A stretch of DNA of 64,000 nt, taken from Chitinivibrionales bacterium (lineage in GTDB: Bacteria > Fibrobacterota > Chitinivibrionia > Chitinivibrionales > FEN-1185). Under the pieces are notes generated by a model. The model ran no database searches. It saw only the letters and a program-made list of their open reading frames with translations, and was not told where the DNA came from. Of this stretch, positions 16,355-23,106 are shown one piece after another. The translations under genes and the position numbers were made by a program. The first letter of the stretch is position 1. Each line of letters opens with the position of its first letter. The stretch covers positions 65,312 through 129,311 of the forward strand of contig DATJAL010000027.1 of the NCBI GenBank assembly GCA_035516255.1, written 5' to 3'.

Positions 16355-17185
16355 ATGAATTTAAAAAAGGCATATTACATTTCCTGCTCGCGGCGCACCG
16401 ATGTTCCACGGTTCTTTCTCAATGAATTTTTTGACGCGTGGGAAAAGGGCGAAATCTCCTACGACGCCGGGTACGGACGGTCCTACACGGTTTCGCTCAA
16501 ACCGCGGGACGTGCTGGGATACGTTTTCTGGTCAAAAGATTTTTCCGCGTTTATCAAGCACGAACTGTTTGGTGAACTGTGGAAAATAAACAACGCCGTG
16601 TTTCATTACACCATTAATAATTGTCCTGAGCTTGAGCCCAATGTCGCGCCGCTTCACGTACGCCTGCAGACGCTTGATCGCCTTTGCGAACTTGCGGGAC
16701 CGGAAAGGGTGTCGTGGCGGTTTGATCCGATTTGCAAATACCGGAGAAAAGACGGAAGTGCCGTCACGAATTTTCCGTCCTTCTATGACATTCTGTCCCA
16801 TGTCAAGAAATCGGGAGTGAAACGCTGCTACTTTTCGTTCATGAGCCATTATTCAAAATTGAAGAAAAGGGATGTGCTGTTCGGTGATTTTGATGAAAAG
16901 GAAAGAACCGCGCTGGGAAAAGAATTGCTGGATGCGGCTTCACAGGCGGGAATGGTACTGTATAATTGCTGCAATCCGGAAGTCCTGCGGCTTGTTCCGG
17001 GAATCAGACAGGCGCATTGCATTGACGATGAAATTCTAAAGGAGACGGACAGGTTCGGCGTTCACCCGGATTTAGGCCTCAAGCCCACGCGGGAAGGATG
17101 CGGGTGTTTTGAAAGCAGGGACGTGGGGTCATATTTGCAGAAATGTCCGCACAGGTGCTTATACTGTTATGCGAATCCGGGGTAA
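16355..17185 (+). CDS. DUF1848-family protein with C-terminal radical-SAM-like Cys cluster
   Basis: 276 aa. N-terminal YYISCSRRTDVPRFF and extreme C-terminal CPHRCLYCYANPG (CX3CX2C), as described for Pfam DUF1848. GC is visibly lower than in neighbouring genes. Confidence 0.75.
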   Translation: MNLKKAYYISCSRRTDVPRFFLNEFFDAWEKGEISYDAGYGRSYTVSLKPRDVLGYVFWSKDFSAFIKHELFGELWKINNAVFHYTINNCPELEPNVAPLHVRLQTLDRLCELAGPERVSWRFDPICKYRRKDGSAVTNFPSFYDILSHVKKSGVKRCYFSFMSHYSKLKKRDVLFGDFDEKERTALGKELLDAASQAGMVLYNCCNPEVLRLVPGIRQAHCIDDEILKETDRFGVHPDLGLKPTREGCGCFESRDVGSYLQKCPHRCLYCYANPG

Positions 17186-17329
17186 AAGGGGTTTGAAGCC
17201 ATTTGACTGATGAGCATCCCGGATTGGATATCGAGCGATTATTGAGAATTTCATTGGATGGTTGCTTCGTCGCCGGCAGTTCCTCGCAATGACGTTCTTG
17301 CTCGCTGGCAAGTACACAGTACCAGAATA

Positions 17330-17505
17330 TCGTTTCAACCGCCGCTCGCGGGTGCGCCCAGCGGATGTGTGGAGCTTGCAAGATGCTGGTACCCGGCCGC
17401 ACCCAAAGGGGGTGTGGGCGCAGATCGCCGCCGCCTTCCAAATTTCTTTTCTTGTCAAGGAGGCGGCGGAAGCCGCACCCCAGGGGGATACCTCTCCCAC
17501 CAGAT
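17330..17505. repeat. Mosaic repeat modules (reverse-orientation relatives of the 3200-3330 and 32710-32830 modules)
   Basis: GATCGCCGCCGCCTTCC..loop..GGAGGCGGCGGAAGCC hairpin and flanking CCCAAAGGGGGTG / CCCCAGGGGGA match the reverse complement of 32740-32830. A separate small ..TTGCTTCGTCG..CTCGCAATGAC.. repeat sits at 17262-17292. Confidence 0.55.
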
Positions 17506-17613
17506 GACACAACATTTTTTATCCATCGCCCTGTCAACAACAACCGAATGAAACCTCAACCATCCGGGTATTATATTGAGAACATCCAGTCCACATCTCA
17601 TTAAGGGGGGCAC

Positions 17614-20247
17614 ATGCAAAATCGTGTTCCGTCCGCATTTGCGTCCGTCATCAGTTCAACTCTTCTTCTTTTTCTTTTCACAGTCCAACCTGTAAATGCC
17701 ACGAAACTCGCCGAGGTTCGGGTCGTTGACAAGGATTATCTCGAGGTGTATTTCAAGGACGGCGACGTCTTTTTCGTTGACAACGGAAAGGGCCCCAGCG
17801 CGTTTCTCAACCTTGCCCACGACACGACCAACGAGATCCTCACCTACTACGGCACCGGACTCAACACCGCCACAGCGGTCACGACCGCCTCGTGGAAGCT
17901 CGCCTCAGCCGACGACGCGGCGTATGGGACCGCGGGACTCGCGCCCGTAAACTGCTTTCGCAAATCCAAGCTCAACGGCATGTACGAGGGGAGCTGGTCG
18001 GGCAGCGATTTCGTCTATTCGCACACCATGGAACACCATATTTACCTCAAGCTGCCGTCTTCCCTGGTGCAGGGCAAGACCTATACGCTGCAGATCGCCG
18101 CGGGCACCAACACCGATTCGACGTCCGCGACATTCACGTACGATATTTACAGCAGCCGCTCCGAGGCGGTGCATGTGAACCTGTCGGGGTATTCGGCGGC
18201 GCCGAACGTCAAGGCCGCCGACCTGTACGCCTGGCTCGGCGACGGCGGGGCCCGGGACTACTCCGGATTCGTCGGGAACAAAGTCTATATTGTCAACACC
18301 TCCACCGGAACGCCCCAGCAGACCGGCACGGTGTCGCTGTGGAAAACGAGCGCGGCGGAGGCGCAGGGCTACAACATGACCGGCTCGAACGTGTGGAAGG
18401 TTGATTTCACCGGCTTCACCACGCCGGGCACCTACCGTCTGGCGGTTGATGGCGTCGGGTGCAGCCAGGACTTCACCATCGCCGACACCATCTATCACGA
18501 CCCGTTCATGGTCGCGGTCCGCGGCTATTTTTACATGCGCATCGGCCAGGACAGCGCCGGCATACGGCCCATTCCGCGGCGGCCGCTTTACATTCCGGGA
18601 AAAGACCCGGCCAACACCGTGGTGTACATCACCACCATGCAGCCCACCGATCCCGCTTGGACCACCTTTACCGGCGGCGACGTGTGGGACAATCCCGACG
18701 CCTGGGCGCCGTATAAAAACGGCAAGACCAATGCGAACGCCTACGGCGGCCACGCCGACGCGGCCGACTGGGACCGGAACATGAACCACATCTCCAATAT
18801 TTACGACATGCTGTTCCCCTACATCCTCACGGGCGGGGCGCTTTCGGACGACAACCTGGGCATCGCCGAAAGCCGCAACGGCATCCCGGACATCATTGAC
18901 GAAGCGAGAAACGAGGTCGATTTCTGGCTGCGGCTGCGCGACGGACAGGCGTATTCGTACGGACTCACCAATCCGGACGGCAACAACGTGCTTTACCAGG
19001 CGGGAACCAACGCTATAGCAGCGTGGGCAGCGGCCGCGGGCAGCGCCATGCTCGCCGAGGCGTTCCGCATCGCGGGAAACACCGCGCTTTCAAACGCCTA
19101 CCGCGATTCCGCCGTCAACGCGTACAATTTCGCCGGCACGCTCGCCGACCAGATGCTCGACTTCAAGCAGAACGTGGGCGAAAGCACGGTGCGCGGCAGG
19201 GACCTCAAGATGACGGCCGCCGCCTACCTGTACAACCTTACCGGCACCACTGCCTACGAGGACGAGGTCAACGCCGAAAGCAAGGCCGCGTCCAGCGCCA
19301 CCGCGGCGATCATCGACCCGAGCAACTTCAACCAAATCTGGGCCACGGCAGGCTATCTCAAGACGAACAGGACCGTGCATTACCAGACGCTCTACAGCAA
19401 CATGGTGTCGTCGGTGGTGAGCGACGCGAAGAACAGCGAGACCAACTACAGCGGCTCGCGTCCGTCAAGACGCTGTACCGACAACAACACCGAGTATTTC
19501 CACACCGAAACGCACGTGCACCGCACGATCCTGGCCCATGCGGTCGCCGCGACCCAGGCCGACAAGGACCTGTTCCTCAACGCGCTCATTTGCGAGGCGG
19601 ATTGGAACCTGGGCCGCAACCCGGCAAACCTGATCCAGATGACCACCGCGTCCACGCCCCTGTCGAGCAAGCGCAGCGTGGACGCCATGTACATCTCGGG
19701 CGGCAATGACGGCACGCCGGGCCAGCACCCGGGCATGACGCCCTATTTCAACACCGACGACTGGGGCGGCAACATGATCATGGGAAATCCGAGCTGGATG
19801 TGCGCGTTCAGCTACCCGGCCAACAACACGTGGCCCAAGGGCGAGGTCTATTTCAACACGCGCTGGGTGTACGCCCATTCGGAGTTCACGCCGCAGCAGA
19901 CCATGCGGGGGAAGATCGCGCTGTACGGATACCTGTACGGGATAAGGAATGGGAACAACCCGGTGAGGCAGAACCCTGGCGTGATTGACAATTTAAGAAA
20001 CTCGGCGCAGCTGTTCCGCATCGAACGCCTGGCCAACGGGAACTTCGCGTTGACCTTCACCGGCGCGACGGAGGCCGGCAAGCGGCTGCAGCTTTACAAT
20101 TGCACAGGCAGGTTGATAAAGTCAATCATGCTCGCAGGCAATCGCGCGAGTGTCCGGCTGGAGACGGCCACCATGGATAAAGGGATTTATTTCCTGAAGG
20201 TCGAGGCGGAGGGAAGGAAGGTCTGTAAAATGATAGCTGTATTTTAA
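17614..20247 (+). CDS. GH9-like glycoside hydrolase with N-terminal Ig-like (CelD_N-type) domain and T9SS C-terminal sorting domain
   Basis: 877 aa with AAGGGGGG upstream and a signal peptide. Ig-like module ends GTYRLAVDGVGCSQDFTIADTIY. GGHADAADWDRN resembles the GH9 GGWxDAGD motif. The C-terminus GIYFLKVEAEGRKVCKMIAVF is a typical T9SS CTD. Family call is by eye only. Confidence 0.7.
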   Translation: MQNRVPSAFASVISSTLLLFLFTVQPVNATKLAEVRVVDKDYLEVYFKDGDVFFVDNGKGPSAFLNLAHDTTNEILTYYGTGLNTATAVTTASWKLASADDAAYGTAGLAPVNCFRKSKLNGMYEGSWSGSDFVYSHTMEHHIYLKLPSSLVQGKTYTLQIAAGTNTDSTSATFTYDIYSSRSEAVHVNLSGYSAAPNVKAADLYAWLGDGGARDYSGFVGNKVYIVNTSTGTPQQTGTVSLWKTSAAEAQGYNMTGSNVWKVDFTGFTTPGTYRLAVDGVGCSQDFTIADTIYHDPFMVAVRGYFYMRIGQDSAGIRPIPRRPLYIPGKDPANTVVYITTMQPTDPAWTTFTGGDVWDNPDAWAPYKNGKTNANAYGGHADAADWDRNMNHISNIYDMLFPYILTGGALSDDNLGIAESRNGIPDIIDEARNEVDFWLRLRDGQAYSYGLTNPDGNNVLYQAGTNAIAAWAAAAGSAMLAEAFRIAGNTALSNAYRDSAVNAYNFAGTLADQMLDFKQNVGESTVRGRDLKMTAAAYLYNLTGTTAYEDEVNAESKAASSATAAIIDPSNFNQIWATAGYLKTNRTVHYQTLYSNMVSSVVSDAKNSETNYSGSRPSRRCTDNNTEYFHTETHVHRTILAHAVAATQADKDLFLNALICEADWNLGRNPANLIQMTTASTPLSSKRSVDAMYISGGNDGTPGQHPGMTPYFNTDDWGGNMIMGNPSWMCAFSYPANNTWPKGEVYFNTRWVYAHSEFTPQQTMRGKIALYGYLYGIRNGNNPVRQNPGVIDNLRNSAQLFRIERLANGNFALTFTGATEAGKRLQLYNCTGRLIKSIMLAGNRASVRLETATMDKGIYFLKVEAEGRKVCKMIAVF

Positions 20248-20282
20248 CAGCGTCGCTTTGATGATTGAAACCCAAGGGAGCG

Positions 20283-20663
20283 CTAAGAACCGGCTCCCTT
20301 TTTCTTTTCCCTCTTTATTTCCCTCACCCTGAACCACAGCAGCAGCACCCCGGCCACCGCAAGCGTCATCTCGATCTCCATCGCCATGGCATGCATCGCC
20401 CGCATGGACGCCTTGCCGTATTGTACGGTCGTCGCGGCAAGGGCGTCCTTGAGAAACATCGCTTCGGCCGAATGAGGGACAACGTTCTTTTGCACCGCCG
20501 CGACGACCCCGTTCCATTTGTGCCGCACGTGCGCGGTTTTCCAGACAAACAGCGGCGCTAAAAGAATTGCGAGCAACAAGCAGGCGACGCCGAAGCAGGC
20601 CATATAATCGATCCTTTTTTCAGGCGGGCTTGCGGGACGCTGATCATGTGCCGTTATTTCCAT
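20283..20663 (-). CDS. Hypothetical small membrane protein (two predicted TM helices)
   Basis: Internal ATG (20663) of track ORF 20283..20792. Hydrophobic stretches MACFGVACLLLAILLAPLF and LAVAGVLLLWF. No recognisable family. Its 3' end overlaps a hairpin plus T-run that may be the GH9 terminator, so it may not be real. Confidence 0.35.
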   Translation of the reverse strand: MEITAHDQRPASPPEKRIDYMACFGVACLLLAILLAPLFVWKTAHVRHKWNGVVAAVQKNVVPHSAEAMFLKDALAATTVQYGKASMRAMHAMAMEIEMTLAVAGVLLLWFRVREIKREKKKGAGS

Positions 20664-21119
20664 GAGATGTGTCCTTGTTCGGGTGTCTGCGTTTCCTTCT
20701 TGACAATGTTTATTATATACCGGCGAAACTGGTGCGTCAACAGGATATTCACGTCCGGCGATTTTAGAGCGGCAGATTTCAGCAGTCACCAATCAGCGGT
20801 CAGCAAATCAAAAATGGGATTGCATATCTTGACGAATGCTACTTTCCCAAGCCCGTGAGTAAATATCCAATTGATTGAACGACCATAAGGCAATAGGTGA
20901 GAATAATCCAGTTGCGCCGGAAATGTTTGATCTTGATGAACATCTCCGCAAGTTTCATTAAAATAAAAGCTGAATGGGAGAAGTTAGGACAACAACAAGA
21001 GGATAGAATGAAGGACTAATTAGGAAATTCATCGGTAAGCAGTGTGAAAGTGACGTTTTATCTTTTAACCTCTTTCGGGAGATTGCTTCGTCGAGGACCC
21101 CTCGCAATGACATCATTAA

Positions 21120-21285
21120 TCATTTTCATTTTAACAAAGCGGAAAACAAAACCGGCAAAGTTTTTTATCTCCGGCGTTAGTTACTATGTTAACAAAGTTG
21201 CGTATAGCCCAATAAAAAAGCTACCTTCTTTCTAAACCAAACTCAACGTAGTGCTAGAAACACCACAAAGAAAGGAAGGTAGCTT
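21120..21285 (+). ncRNA. Candidate IS110 left-end non-coding (bridge/guide-type) RNA region
   Basis: About 165 nt of AT-rich non-coding DNA directly upstream of the IS110 recombinase gene, the position where IS110-subgroup elements encode their bridge RNA. Contains a duplicated TTAACAAAG (about 21134 and 21189) and a 14-bp stem. No covariance-model check was possible. Confidence 0.3.
21219..21284 (+). promoter_or_regulatory. Stem-loop that sequesters the transposase ribosome-binding site
   Basis: AGCTACCTTCTTTC (21219-21232) pairs with GAAAGgAAGGTAGCT (21270-21284): 10 + 4 bp with a 1-nt bulge and a 37-nt loop. The 3' arm contains the GGAAGG Shine-Dalgarno and ends 1 nt before ATG 21286. Confidence 0.5.
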
Positions 21286-22359
21286 ATGGACAAGAAAATG
21301 CAAGATTGGATCGTAAAGGGGAAAGAAGTTTTTGTTGGACTTGATGATGCGAAGAAGACGTGGCGTGTATGCGTACGTTCTGAAAAGATGGCAGTTCACG
21401 AAAGCAGTATGCCTGCCAACTACGACGTGTTGCGTGCCTATTTAAGACGCCGATATCCGGAGTGTACGATCAAGGTGATGTATGAGGCGGGATTCAGGGG
21501 CTTTAACCTGTACGACCGTTTGAGTGAAGATGGGATTGAGTGTGTCGTGTTGCCACCACACTTGATGTTGGAAGAGAAGGTAAACCGAGTAAAGACGGAT
21601 AGACGGGACGCATGGCGATTGGCGAAGATGCTTGAAGGCGAAGAGCATCTTCGCGGATGTCATGTACCTGATAAGGAACGGCGAGAGGACCGTCAGGCGT
21701 GCCGGACGCTGAATGCGGTGGAGAAGGAGATCAAGTCGACACGCAACCGGATTAGAAAGTTGCTGCAGTATCACGGTATCGAGACGGCGATACCGGAGGA
21801 GAAAGCATGGGGAAAGAGTGAATTTCGGAGCGTTGAGGAATTGTCGGTAGGTGTAGTGCTGCGGAAGCCGATCAAGGTGCTACTTTCACTTTTAGAGAAT
21901 TTGTGGACATATCAAATTGAGTTGCGTAAGGAGCTACTAGCATTAAGTAAGAATCCGCGATACCAGAGGGCATTTGCAATAGCAAGAGGTCTTCCTGGGA
22001 TAGGATGGCTGACGGCCATACGGCTGGTGCTGGAGCTTGGGGAAGATTTTACGAGATTCAGCACCGGCAAGTCGCTAGCAAATTTTCTTGGATTGACAGG
22101 AGGTGAACATTCTTCAGGGGAGACGGAACACAAAGGGAGAATAACCGGCCAGGGGCCGACGTTTGTCCGATCGTGGATGATAGAAAGCGCATGGGTAAGC
22201 ATCCGAAAGGACCCAGTATTGCGTGAGAAATTCGAAAAGGTGAGGAGAAACTCGGGGAGTAAGAAGAAGGCTATTGTTGCGGTGGCACGCAAGCTTGCAG
22301 TAAGGCTGTATGCGTGTATGGTTATGAATCAAGAATATCAAATAGGTCTTGTTGCGTAG
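21286..22359 (+). CDS. IS110-family (DEDD/RuvC-like) transposase
   Basis: 357 aa. VFVGLDDAKKTW (first D), VMYEAGFRGFNL, KTDRRDAWRLAKML, then the C-terminal Transposase_20-type LPGIGWLTAIRLVLELGEDFTRFSTGKSLANFLGLTGGEHSSGE...KGRITGQGPTFVRSWMIESAW. Confidence 0.93.
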   Translation: MDKKMQDWIVKGKEVFVGLDDAKKTWRVCVRSEKMAVHESSMPANYDVLRAYLRRRYPECTIKVMYEAGFRGFNLYDRLSEDGIECVVLPPHLMLEEKVNRVKTDRRDAWRLAKMLEGEEHLRGCHVPDKERREDRQACRTLNAVEKEIKSTRNRIRKLLQYHGIETAIPEEKAWGKSEFRSVEELSVGVVLRKPIKVLLSLLENLWTYQIELRKELLALSKNPRYQRAFAIARGLPGIGWLTAIRLVLELGEDFTRFSTGKSLANFLGLTGGEHSSGETEHKGRITGQGPTFVRSWMIESAWVSIRKDPVLREKFEKVRRNSGSKKKAIVAVARKLAVRLYACMVMNQEYQIGLVA

Positions 22360-22590
22360 TGGGACTGGAAAACAAATGGTCAATGAAGGCTTAGAAAAAA
22401 GAAATCGACAAGTAGTTCGGGAAAGTGGTGTACGACGTCAGTCCTACTGGTTAGAGAGCAATCTTTAACGAGCGTTAGAATTGTTGACACCATCTCCCAA
22501 TTTCACGAACAGCAAACTTGTGCGAAGAGCTCGGATAGCAGGTTGTTGAAATCTTTTTTCTGAAGGTAGATTTTTTTTATTGCCTTGTTA

Positions 22591-22766
22591 CATAGCAGGC
22601 AGGACTGGGGGCCGCGCCGGAGCGCGATGCTGCCCGGACACCGTGGCAGCCCGAGCCGAAGGACGACGACCCTTGTGACCCTTGGAAATCCCTGACGAGG
22701 GAGAAGCACCCGAAGGGGTGGACCGGAAGGACGGCCGACCCCGTGCCTTGAGCGCGGGGAACGCCC
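22591..22766 (-). repeat. Core intergenic repeat element (reverse copy) with the 82-nt block
   Basis: ..AGGCAGGACTGGGGGCCGCGCCGGAGCGCGATGCTGCCCGG..CCGTGGCAGCCCGAGCCGAAGG..GACCGGAAGGACGGCCGA, hairpin CCCCGTGC/GCGCGGGG (22739-22759), GAACGCCC. It starts 6 nt beyond the stop of the 22773 minus-strand ORF. Track ORFs 22503..22709 and 22577..22927 are translations of it. Confidence 0.8.
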
Positions 22767-22772
22767 GGATTA

Positions 22773-22994
22773 TTAATTTGAATTATCAAGATCCGGCGTC
22801 TCGGCCTTCTTCTCCAGATACTTTTTCCCCAAAATAAACGCGGCCACGACAAGCGCAACGGTGCCCAGCCGCCTGCCGAGCACGAACCGGGTCGCGGCGA
22901 TGCCCGTACCGAGAACAAGACGGACAATCCCGAACACGGCGCCCAGGCCTTTTTTAAGGATCCAGAAAGGCAGAAGAATGATTTTTCCCATCAT
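22773..22994 (-). CDS. Hypothetical small membrane protein
   Basis: The track ORF starts at TTG 23021. The ATG at 22994 (MMGKIILLPFWILKKGLGAVFG...) has AGGGG upstream. Two hydrophobic helices. Lies downstream of the cyclase gene on the same strand. Confidence 0.45.
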   Translation of the reverse strand: MMGKIILLPFWILKKGLGAVFGIVRLVLGTGIAATRFVLGRRLGTVALVVAAFILGKKYLEKKAETPDLDNSN

Positions 22995-23106
22995 AGCGAA
23001 CCCCTTTTTTGGTGTCGACAAGAATACGTTCCAGCCGCAAAACCATTGCCGGTTAAATCAATATACTATTCAGGCGGCGTCAAAACTTTTTTCATTGACG
23101 TTTCAT

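Larger units (their letters stand above)
21115..22560 (+). mobile_element. IS110-family insertion sequence (boundaries approximate)
   Basis: Sharp GC drop relative to flanks. Contains a DEDD-type transposase gene with an untranslated left end. No terminal inverted repeats were seen, as expected for IS110. Left limit was placed after a host-type small repeat (about 21070-21110). Right limit was placed before the host repeat copy starting about 22591. An outward-facing TTGACA at 22484-22489 suggests the true right end may be near 22500. Confidence 0.6.

Noticed and set aside
21044-21235. 63-aa ORF upstream of the IS110 transposase as a possible accessory gene
   Set aside because: It has no RBS. 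Part of it is the translation of a small host-type palindromic repeat (..LLRRGPLAMTS..). The region is better explained as a non-coding IS end or guide-RNA region.
22503-22709. Recurrent small 'protein' MLLPRQGFPRVTRVVVLRLGLPR (also in 63547..63789 and inside 5138..5608), which could look like a conserved small-gene family
   Set aside because: The identity is at the DNA level (the 82-nt repeat block). The ORFs differ outside the block, have no RBS, and occur in both orientations relative to neighbouring genes. They are translations of a non-coding repeat.
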